From assembly GCA_016866955.1 (NCBI GenBank), contig VGKT01000005.1, forward strand, positions 1-32,000: DNA of 32,000 bases, given 5' to 3'. Positions 6,769 through 13,678 of the stretch are shown one piece after another. The notes beneath the pieces were generated by a model that worked only from the letters and a program-made list of their open reading frames with translations, searched no databases and had not been told where the DNA came from. How positions within the stretch are numbered: the stretch's first letter is position 1; every line of letters begins with the position of its first letter. The DNA is from Candidatus Pacearchaeota archaeon. Its GTDB lineage: Archaea; Nanobdellota; Nanobdellia; Pacearchaeales; GW2011-AR1. A program made the translations under genes and the position numbers.

Positions 6769-7665
6769 ATGCCTCCACGAGACACACAAAAAAGAGTCTG
6801 GCGTTTACCGATTGTATTTCTCATCGGATATCACCTCCTTCTTGCAATAACCCTTCCCTGGTATCTCTCAACACGTACTCCCTCACTCACACTCCTGCTT
6901 CTTTCTCTCGCCCTTACCTCACTCGTCATGCTTTCAGTTACCCTTGGAGCACATAGGTTATACGCACATAAATCATTTGAACTCAGTAAACGATGGATAC
7001 ACTACCCGTTAGTCTGGTTCAACACACTTGGTGCACAAGGAAGCATTATTGAATGGGCTTCAGACCATCGTCATCATCATAAATCGGTAGACACTGATGA
7101 AGATCCTTATAGTATAAAAGATGGATTTTGGCATGCACATTTTCTCTGGCTATTTAAAAAAAGAAGGGGAACTGATTTACGTATAACAAAAGATTTATAC
7201 GCTGATCCTTTATTGAGATGGCAGTTTAAACGTTATGATCTCTTTTTCTTTTTCACTACAGTACTCACAACAGGGATACTTGCCTGGATAACCAAGGATC
7301 TTTTCGGAGCAATCGTCTTTGGATTTCTGGGACGCATTTTCATCGCCCATAATTGTACTTTTTTCATCAACTCAGCAGCGCATTATTGGGGAGAAAAAAC
7401 ATTTTCAAAAGAACATTCAGCAGTCAATAATTGGTTCCTTGCCTGGATAACGTTCGGAGAAGGATATCATAATTATCACCATGCCTTCCCTAACGATTAC
7501 CGTAATGGAATGCGCTGGTGGCAATATGACCCCACAAAATGGGCAATCTGGATGCTTGCCAAATTAAAACTAGCAAAAGACCTCAAAATAGTTTCAGAAG
7601 CTGAAATACAAGATCGTATACAAAGAGAACAAAATAATCTTTCAATCGTAAACCATAAATACTAA
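6769..7665 (+). CDS. membrane acyl-CoA/acyl-lipid delta-9-type fatty acid desaturase (298 aa)
   Basis: Three histidine boxes in canonical order: HRLYAH, HRHHHK, HNYHHAFP (with GEGYHNYHHAFPNDYR). TM helices lie before box 1. Start re-called to ATG 6769 (MPPRDTQKRVW...) from the TATA spacing. The ORF-track start at 6646 would overlap the zinc-ribbon ORF and the promoter. Confidence 0.85.
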   Translation: MPPRDTQKRVWRLPIVFLIGYHLLLAITLPWYLSTRTPSLTLLLLSLALTSLVMLSVTLGAHRLYAHKSFELSKRWIHYPLVWFNTLGAQGSIIEWASDHRHHHKSVDTDEDPYSIKDGFWHAHFLWLFKKRRGTDLRITKDLYADPLLRWQFKRYDLFFFFTTVLTTGILAWITKDLFGAIVFGFLGRIFIAHNCTFFINSAAHYWGEKTFSKEHSAVNNWFLAWITFGEGYHNYHHAFPNDYRNGMRWWQYDPTKWAIWMLAKLKLAKDLKIVSEAEIQDRIQREQNNLSIVNHKY

Positions 7666-7881
7666 GCACCTTTTCAAATAGCGTGAATTATAGGGAATTT
7701 TGGGGAGATATGAGGGAATTATATAATCCAGAAGGGACACTCCCAGAAAAAGTGTTGTTTTATCCTTGTGTATTGATTGTATTTGTGAGTTCCTCCTTTA
7801 TCGACTTATTTAATACTTCCCCTAGAACAAAAGAAGAGATCGCTCCCTCTCTTCTTGAAAGAGAAACTCTTACCTAAAGAA

Positions 7882-7965
7882 TTATTTCTTTTCTTTTCGC
7901 TCTTTATTTTGCTTACGCACCCATTTTGCTCGGCGCTTGCGTGCGATACGCGTTGATTTTCGCAT
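7882..7965 (-). CDS. candidate 27-aa highly basic peptide (eL41-like look) starting 2 nt after tRNA-Val
   Basis: MRKSTRIARKRRAKWVRKQNKERKEKK, with 15 of 27 residues K/R. The RAKW-RK core is reminiscent of eL41 (MRAKWRKKR...). ATG at 7965; the tRNA-Val discriminator is at 7968. It is too short for the ORF track. Confidence 0.35.
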   Translation of the reverse strand: MRKSTRIARKRRAKWVRKQNKERKEKK

Positions 7966-7967
7966 AA

Positions 7968-8039
7968 TGGGCCTAACCAGAATCGAACTGGTGCATGGTC
8001 GGTGTAAACGACCCGGTCTAACCACTAGCCTATAGGCCC
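7968..8039 (-). tRNA. tRNA-Val (anticodon UAC)
   Basis: Minus-strand sequence GGGCCTA-TA-GGCT-AGTGGTTA-GACC-G-GGTCG-TTTACAC-CGACC-ATGC-ACCAG-TTCGATT-CTGGT-TAGGCCC-A. Cloverleaf has one D-stem mismatch. No encoded CCA. A TATA box lies 23 nt upstream. Confidence 0.9.
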
Positions 8040-8062
8040 CTATACTCGTTTAGAACAAATGC

Positions 8063-8070
8063 TTTTTAAA
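8063..8070. promoter_or_regulatory. single shared (bidirectional) TATA box between tRNA-Val and ORF 8092-8559
   Basis: TTTTTAAA lies 21 nt from ATG 8092 on the plus side and 23 nt from the tRNA 5' end (8039) on the minus side. Confidence 0.5.
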
Positions 8071-8091
8071 CGTTGAGCTAAACGAAGAATC

Positions 8092-8559
8092 ATGAACGAC
8101 TATGCATTACGCGTAGAATCTTTTGAATATCTCTTCAGAGATCGCCTTGCTCTTTGTGTACGAGGGCTTGCAAACGTTACCGATGAAGAAACAGCTATTC
8201 TAAATCTGCTCTTTTTACAACAAATAAAAAGAGATCTAGAAAGAAATAAGGATGGGTTTATGGTTCGTTATTATCTTCATGCACTTCAACAAGAACATTT
8301 TCCTCATCACTCATTACGTCCTACATTCAGGCGTGCAGAACGCCTTATACGTGCGCGAGATAACGCCATAGGTATCCTTGCTGCAAACAGTGCACTTGCA
8401 GAATTAGAACAGACCGCTTTAGAACAAAAAATCCCTTCAACATATTTGGCAACAATGGATATGCGCGAGTTTGAAGAAATAGATACCCTGGAGAAACCAG
8501 AACAATATGCACTCAGAGATGGATTGTTATTAGATCAATTTGGTATCCGCATCTGGTAA
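8092..8559 (+). CDS. hypothetical protein (155 aa)
   Basis: ORF with canonical TATA spacing; no motif recognised. Confidence 0.6.
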   Translation: MNDYALRVESFEYLFRDRLALCVRGLANVTDEETAILNLLFLQQIKRDLERNKDGFMVRYYLHALQQEHFPHHSLRPTFRRAERLIRARDNAIGILAANSALAELEQTALEQKIPSTYLATMDMREFEEIDTLEKPEQYALRDGLLLDQFGIRIW

Positions 8560-8567
8560 AGAAGAGG

Positions 8568-9134
8568 CTAACATCGTTGTTGATAACATTTCTCAAGAGC
8601 TTTCAACACGGAAGGTAATTCAGTAATTCTGTCATCTGCACCAAAATGTCCTTTACCATCATCGAGCATCAATTCCCCTCCAAGTTCTGCCTGCAACTCA
8701 AGCACTTTTCCAAACGGTATGGCAGGATCTTTCCGTCCTCCAATCACGATTGTTTTCATCACTCGTTGCTTAATTTCTCCAAATGGAAAAGGCTGAGCAG
8801 TAAAGGAGTTAATCTCAGGAGCGTCAGATAAGGAAGAACAAAAACCCGCAACCAACACAATTCCTCCAATACGTGCATCACTAGGCAAGGTTGCAAGATA
8901 GCGCAAAATCGCCGGGCATCCTAGACTATGTCCTACAAAGTACGTATGCTTATCAGGATCAGGTATGGTTTCCTTCAAAACAGTCATCCACTCATCAATA
9001 GTGGGATGTTCCCCACCAGGAAATTGAGGCGCAATCCATTTCCATCCTTTCTTCTCAAGTTGTTCTTTGAGCCAAGGCTTCCAAGCGTCATCAGGTACCC
9101 CATCCCACCCATGCACGAGTACAACACGTTTCAT
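8568..9134 (-). CDS. alpha/beta-fold serine hydrolase, YdeN/RBBP9-like
   Basis: VVLVHGWDG..W..WL start, GHSLG nucleophile elbow, and a size of about 190 aa. TATA (9156-9164) lies 21 nt upstream of ATG 9134. Confidence 0.75.
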   Translation of the reverse strand: MKRVVLVHGWDGVPDDAWKPWLKEQLEKKGWKWIAPQFPGGEHPTIDEWMTVLKETIPDPDKHTYFVGHSLGCPAILRYLATLPSDARIGGIVLVAGFCSSLSDAPEINSFTAQPFPFGEIKQRVMKTIVIGGRKDPAIPFGKVLELQAELGGELMLDDGKGHFGADDRITELPSVLKALEKCYQQRC

Positions 9135-9173
9135 AAAAACCTAAAGAAAAAGGGATTTAATAAAGATACTAGT

Positions 9174-9416
9174 CTATCGTAATTCCAATCCTAAGCGATG
9201 TGCTTCTAATCGTAACGAAGGAACACATTTCTTCTTCGTAAACGCACAAATTACACAACAAGCAGAAGGAGGAGTATTTGTTCGATTCGCACATCCATCA
9301 CAATCAAAATAACCTGGACTTGCATCAGGAGGTACTTTTCGTTTACATATTTTCCCACATACTTGACAGATAATAGAGGCAAGAAGGGGGACACGCAATC
9401 TCTTTTTTCTTCCCAT
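9174..9416 (-). CDS. Cys-rich small protein (80 aa) starting 4 nt after tRNA-Gly
   Basis: MGRKKRLRVPLLASIICQVCGKICKRKVPPDASPGYFDCDGCANRTNTPPSACCVICAFTKKKC has 9 Cys including CxxC, CxxC and CCxxC. The ORF-track version (to 9461) would run through the tRNA, so I start it at ATG 9416. Confidence 0.5.
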   Translation of the reverse strand: MGRKKRLRVPLLASIICQVCGKICKRKVPPDASPGYFDCDGCANRTNTPPSACCVICAFTKKKCVPSLRLEAHRLGLELR

Positions 9417-9420
9417 TGAA

Positions 9421-9492
9421 TGCGGCCATCGAGAATCGAACTCGACTCTGCTCGTTGGCAACGAGCCGTTCTAACCGATGAACTATGGCCGC
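9421..9492 (-). tRNA. tRNA-Gly (anticodon GCC)
   Basis: GCGGCCA-TA-GTTC-ATCGGTTA-GAAC-G-GCTCG-TTGCCAA-CGAGC-AGAG-TCGAG-TTCGATT-CTCGA-TGGCCGC-A. Palindromic TATA TTTATAAA (9516-9523) lies 23 nt upstream. Confidence 0.93.
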
Positions 9493-9531
9493 GTACTATT
9501 CAGTCAATTATTGATTTTATAAAGATAAGTA

Positions 9532-9690
9532 TTAGTAAGAAATAGACCTTGGGCCATATCCAGAGGATACAGGAGAAAAAGAAGCATACGCAGGCTGAGG
9601 AACTTTTGAACCATAAATGCAAGAAGAATCAACTCCTCCACTCACCTGCTTAAATTCTCTAATCTTGACACAATTTTCAGCTTCGCACAT
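9532..9690 (-). CDS. possible small ORF (52 aa), uncertain
   Basis: MCEAENCVKIREFKQVSGG... begins 2 nt after the stop of the acidic ORF and ends at the tRNA-Gly TATA box. No motif recognised. Confidence 0.2.
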   Translation of the reverse strand: MCEAENCVKIREFKQVSGGVDSSCIYGSKVPQPAYASFSPVSSGYGPRSISY

Positions 9691-9692
9691 AG

Positions 9693-9821
9693 TTACCACT
9701 CATCATCCCCATCAAGATGGGGCTTTTTAGATTCAGATTCTTCATCATCATCAAAGAATGCTTCGTCCTCATCCATGTCGAAGTCATCTTCATCAGTAGT
9801 TGGTTTTTTCTTTACAGCCAT
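9693..9821 (-). CDS. possible small highly acidic protein (42 aa) with a strong Shine-Dalgarno leader
   Basis: MAVKKKPTTDEDDFDMDEDEAFFDDDEESESKKPHLDGDDEW. GGAGGTGAT lies 11 nt upstream of the ATG. TATA TTTATATA (9864-9871, minus sense) lies about 42 nt upstream, giving a leader of about 20 nt. Confidence 0.35.
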   Translation of the reverse strand: MAVKKKPTTDEDDFDMDEDEAFFDDDEESESKKPHLDGDDEW

Positions 9822-9968
9822 AGTAATACGCTATCACCTCCACCTCCCGCTTGAAAAAATGCTATATAAAGCTTACGTTCTCGCTATTCTTCAAAAACAG
9901 AAACATTTTGTCCTCAGTTATATAAACACCAAAATATACCCTCTCTCATACCAAAAAGAGCCCTCATT

Positions 9969-11441
9969 ATGATGCCCTCGTCGCTTCTATCTTCTGAAAA
10001 AAGAACAATTCTACTAAGTATGTTCGGAATACTGCTCATAATAGGTATACAAACAGCAATCTGGGGAGAACGGGGCTTTTTCTATGACGAAGCCTGGGTT
10101 GCAAATTCCATACACGAACCAACAATCAAGGAAATGCTCTTTTATGAAAAAGTCGCACAAAATACCCCTGTGGGACTCTTAGTGTTGATGCGTGGATTAG
10201 TTGCATTACTCGGAAATCATGAATGGGTTTTTCGCCTTCCCGCCCTTATAGCAACACTACTTTCTATCCCTTTACTCATACTCCTCTCTAAGACTCTTTC
10301 CCTCTCTCCAACCACACAAAAGTATACTCTTCTTCTTTTCATAACACACCCTCTCATACTTCAGTATAGTCAAGAAGCAAAACAATATCCCTTAGATATA
10401 TGCACTATCTTAGGCATATATTATTTCTACCTCCTTTCTCTCAAAAGACCTTCACACACCCATACGCTTCTGTTCATAAGTGTAAGCACCTTTAGTTTTC
10501 TCTTTTCATATGTCACTCCTTTCGCCTTGGGAGGAATTGCTTTCAACGAAGCACGAAAATGGTTCTCCACCCGAAAAATACCTCGAGAAAAGGGCATACA
10601 ACTCGGGGGTATCGCACTTATTCTAGGCATATGTTACCTTTTCTTCTATCGCCCCAATCATACACCTCATTTACATAAACTTTGGATACTCAATGGTGCT
10701 TTCCCAACGTATGCAACATGGTACGAACCTCTTTTCTTTTTCATCATCAGTTTTTACAAACTGTTTAGTGCATTTTCATCCTCTGTTCTTGCTCCCCTCA
10801 CCATACTACTCGCAGCAATCGGAGGATATAGCTATCTAAAAGCAAAAAAACAAGAATTGCTCTGTTATCTAGGAGGTATCTTTGGAACATTGATCTTCTT
10901 AGTCCTCGCAGGAGCCTATCCCTGGGCACAAAATGTCACCACCATTCGCATACAATTATTTCTCCTTCCGTTACTCATACTCTTCGTTGCGGAAGGACTC
11001 ATGAGAATCGAACAAAAAATCACGCACAAAAGACTATACACACTTCTTATTGTAATCGGACTCTGCACAAGTCTCTTTTTTTCAATTACAGTTCCCACCT
11101 ATGGACGCACCAATGATATCAGCTACATCGCCAAAGAATATATTCAACAATACGCAGGAGAACCGACCCTCATAGCAAATGCGCTCCAACCAGAATTTGA
11201 ATATTATGTGTCCGATCCTAAACGCCATCCCAACGTCACAATACTTCCCAGCAGATATGCTTCAATATACACTTCATTCATAGATACCTATATCGCAACG
11301 CACCGAAATCATTCATTCTGGTTTCTTCCCAGTCCAGCAACCACAGAACCACGCACCCATATACAAAAGTTCAAAGCAAACTGCACCATCAAATATAAAT
11401 ATCGCCATCTTACAAGTGAACTCTATAAAATACGTTGTTAA
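9969..11441 (+). CDS. polytopic membrane protein, GT-C fold glycosyltransferase family 39-like (ArnT/PMT_2-like)
   Basis: About 12 predicted TM segments. N-terminal FYDEAWVANS and HEWVFRLPALIATLLSIPLLILLSK resemble the DE...R-hydrophobic-P pattern of ArnT/PMT_2 proteins. Confidence 0.55.
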   Translation: MMPSSLLSSEKRTILLSMFGILLIIGIQTAIWGERGFFYDEAWVANSIHEPTIKEMLFYEKVAQNTPVGLLVLMRGLVALLGNHEWVFRLPALIATLLSIPLLILLSKTLSLSPTTQKYTLLLFITHPLILQYSQEAKQYPLDICTILGIYYFYLLSLKRPSHTHTLLFISVSTFSFLFSYVTPFALGGIAFNEARKWFSTRKIPREKGIQLGGIALILGICYLFFYRPNHTPHLHKLWILNGAFPTYATWYEPLFFFIISFYKLFSAFSSSVLAPLTILLAAIGGYSYLKAKKQELLCYLGGIFGTLIFLVLAGAYPWAQNVTTIRIQLFLLPLLILFVAEGLMRIEQKITHKRLYTLLIVIGLCTSLFFSITVPTYGRTNDISYIAKEYIQQYAGEPTLIANALQPEFEYYVSDPKRHPNVTILPSRYASIYTSFIDTYIATHRNHSFWFLPSPATTEPRTHIQKFKANCTIKYKYRHLTSELYKIRC

Positions 11442-11445
11442 AAAC

Positions 11446-11599
11446 TCCCCCCACCCAGAATCGAACTGGGGTAACTCGGGTTCTGTCATATTGTTCTCAT
11501 GAACAATCGCTGATCACGCTTCATCGTGCTTCCCAAAGGGAAACTCCGCGCTAGTCTTAGTGACTACAGCCAAGTGCTCTACCATTGAGCTATGAGGGG
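11446..11599 (-). tRNA. tRNA-Tyr (anticodon GUA) with an 83-nt intron at the canonical 37/38 position (intron 11481-11563)
   Basis: Exon 1: CCCCTCA-TA-GCTC-AATGGTA-GAGC-A-CTTGG-CTGTAG. Exon 2: C-CCGAG-TTAC-CCCAG-TTCGATT-CTGGG-TGGGGGG-A. C1-G72 is typical of archaeal tRNA-Tyr. The bulge-helix-bulge has a 4-bp helix CTGT/ACAG flanked by 3-nt bulges AG^T and AA^C. A T5 run follows the 3' end. Confidence 0.88.
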
Positions 11600-11760
11600 A
11601 CTGTGTAAAGAAAGAAGTACCGCGCCCCAATAAGGGAAGATGAAGCCTTAAGGAACCGTTGGTTTCTTACGCTCGCGCTGTACCGCATTCACTACATGTG
11701 TTCTCATAATCATGACTTTATAAATCTTGAGCTACTAGTTATCATCGATAAAAAGGAGAT

Positions 11761-13125
11761 CTATTCACTTTGCATCGTATCAGCAAGGAAAAACGCGCGA
11801 TTAGACATCACTTCATGCGTCTTACCTTTATGTTCAAAGACCGTTGTTGCAGCAGGTAATTCAAATCGGCCCATTGGTTTTATATCAGAGTACATAATAT
11901 AGGAAAAGACTCGCTCTTCACCTGCTTGTAATGCTCCCACATCCCAGAATATACGACGAGTAGCAGATTCAAGGCGATCAGGACGCAATCCAAATTGTTC
12001 ATATAACTTAGCCATACCAGGCAAGCGATCAATTACTTGTACGCTATCCACATGATGCTTTGCACGAACAACCAAACGCACCTTAAGTGCAAATTGTCCC
12101 CCTTTGGTCTTTACGTAAGAAACTTGCTTACGAACCACAACCGCAGTAGACGTATAGATATGCACCAAGAAACTAATGACTATCACCAATAAGAGAATAA
12201 GAAGAGGCAAGGTATAATTCGTAGTTACGGTTACAGACCAAGATTCTCCGGGCTGTAATTGCTCATTCCAAATATAAGAAAGAGATAACCCTGAACGCTT
12301 CACTTCAGCAGGAGCAGGGGAAGCAGAAGTAAATAAGCGAGAAATAATATCTTTCTGAATAGTAATGCTATCTGCCACAACAACATTCCCTGCATTTATT
12401 TTTTCAACAGTTTTTTGTCGAATCACAAATCCTTCAGAAGTTTCACTCACTGAAGTTCCTTGTTGTTCCAAATAATGTAATGTTCCTTCAATAACTCCCT
12501 TTCCTCCTTGTGGTTGAGCAACCTCAACTTCCACGATATATGCTCCTGCAGCAAGTTTACTTCGTTTTTCACTATCGATAGCAATCGTAACGTTAGCTGT
12601 ACCGAACGGACTAAGCGAAACAGATTTCTGCTCAGTAAAGAAAGGAGTTGAAAAAGTCAGAGTAAGATTTTCAAGACGAGCATTTTGATTATTTTTGAGA
12701 ATAAAAGTGAGAGAAGTATCAAGATATCGCATATTTACTGGATACACTTCAAGAGTGTCTTGCAATGAAGCAACACGTAATTGTAAGATGTCACTTTGAA
12801 TGCCTGAAAGTCTACTAGTCAGGAAATATTCGAAGGAGAAAATACCCTCTCGTTTACGAATATCTCTATTTGTGAAAGCTAATACATCAACTTTTTGCGA
12901 ACCATCTTCCACATCAAAACTTCCCCGAGGACTAAACGTGACACCAACTAAGGAATATAATTCTAACGTATCCTCTCCTCCCGCATTAATGGTAAACGAA
13001 TAACGTGCAGGGTTATCTAATTCAGCAACAACAACCGAGCCTTCATCAACAACTGAAAGAGATACTGCTCCCGCAACTAACGGCACAAGCAATAATAGAA
13101 AGACAAACATCACGCTCTTGAACAT
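11761..13125 (-). CDS. secreted/membrane-anchored beta-rich surface protein (454 aa), hypothetical
   Basis: Signal peptide MFKSVMFVFLLLLVPLVAGA, a long beta-rich ectodomain, TM LPLLILLLVIVISFLVHIY, and a C-terminal domain of about 130 aa. TATA lies 21 nt upstream of ATG 13125. Confidence 0.65.
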   Translation of the reverse strand: MFKSVMFVFLLLLVPLVAGAVSLSVVDEGSVVVAELDNPARYSFTINAGGEDTLELYSLVGVTFSPRGSFDVEDGSQKVDVLAFTNRDIRKREGIFSFEYFLTSRLSGIQSDILQLRVASLQDTLEVYPVNMRYLDTSLTFILKNNQNARLENLTLTFSTPFFTEQKSVSLSPFGTANVTIAIDSEKRSKLAAGAYIVEVEVAQPQGGKGVIEGTLHYLEQQGTSVSETSEGFVIRQKTVEKINAGNVVVADSITIQKDIISRLFTSASPAPAEVKRSGLSLSYIWNEQLQPGESWSVTVTTNYTLPLLILLLVIVISFLVHIYTSTAVVVRKQVSYVKTKGGQFALKVRLVVRAKHHVDSVQVIDRLPGMAKLYEQFGLRPDRLESATRRIFWDVGALQAGEERVFSYIMYSDIKPMGRFELPAATTVFEHKGKTHEVMSNRAFFLADTMQSE

Positions 13126-13173
13126 GTTTCTAAGATTAAGAAGAGATATTTAAAGATTTGTGTAGAAAAACAT

Positions 13174-13674
13174 TTATCGTCGACCAGTACTGTCAAAAAA
13201 AACTTTTAATTTTTCTTTAAAATTCTCAACCTCATTTTTTGTCATAGACTCCATAGCATCTATTCGTCCAGGGATAATATACTTAGAATATAGCTCGCGC
13301 ATAAAAGTATACGTGGGAGTTTCATTCCATTTTGAGGTTGGGTCTTGCACTAATGCCCCTTTGATATCAATACTTGCACGCCCTTTGTTGGATCTCTTTT
13401 TCTTGCCTTCATATTCAACTTCAACATCAGCAAGCCCAGAGATATTAAATTTAACTGAGATTTCTACTTTAAAATAGTCACCTACACTCTTAACGCATTT
13501 CCACTCCACAACAACATCTTTTGTCCCAGAAGCATGCTTTTCACTATACTTTTCTTCAGTTACCCCATATCCTTCTTCTTTGAGCAAGGTATAAGCATAC
13601 GAATACAAATCATCAAAACTAAATAAACCAGAATGTTCTAATTTTTCCTTAATCAACAAATCTTTTTCAGCCAT
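13174..13674 (-). CDS. hypothetical cytoplasmic protein (166 aa)
   Basis: The ORF begins 4 nt after the stop of the upstream metalloprotease gene. A GGAG lies about 8 nt upstream of the ATG, so it looks like an operon-internal gene. Confidence 0.6.
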   Translation of the reverse strand: MAEKDLLIKEKLEHSGLFSFDDLYSYAYTLLKEEGYGVTEEKYSEKHASGTKDVVVEWKCVKSVGDYFKVEISVKFNISGLADVEVEYEGKKKRSNKGRASIDIKGALVQDPTSKWNETPTYTFMRELYSKYIIPGRIDAMESMTKNEVENFKEKLKVFFDSTGRR

Positions 13675-13678
13675 TCTC

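Noticed and set aside
7683-7877. 64-aa plus-strand ORF downstream of the desaturase.
   Set aside because: The GTG start has no TATA context. A TTATATAA at 7719-7726 could drive a 41-aa GTG-initiated hydrophobic peptide from 7752, but I have no supporting motif or conservation evidence.
9417-9461. 5' part of ORF 9174-9461 (-).
   Set aside because: It overlaps tRNA-Gly (9421-9492). The CDS was trimmed to ATG 9416.
9775-9972. 65-aa plus-strand ORF.
   Set aside because: It is antisense to the acidic small ORF and spans two TATA boxes. Its sequence is low-complexity. The case for either strand here is weak, but this frame has no start-context support.
11481-11563. C/D box guide RNA inside the tRNA-Tyr intron.
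   Set aside because: GATGA-like elements are present, but I find no CTGA D/D' boxes at the right spacing. This is kept only as an open question in the intron finding.
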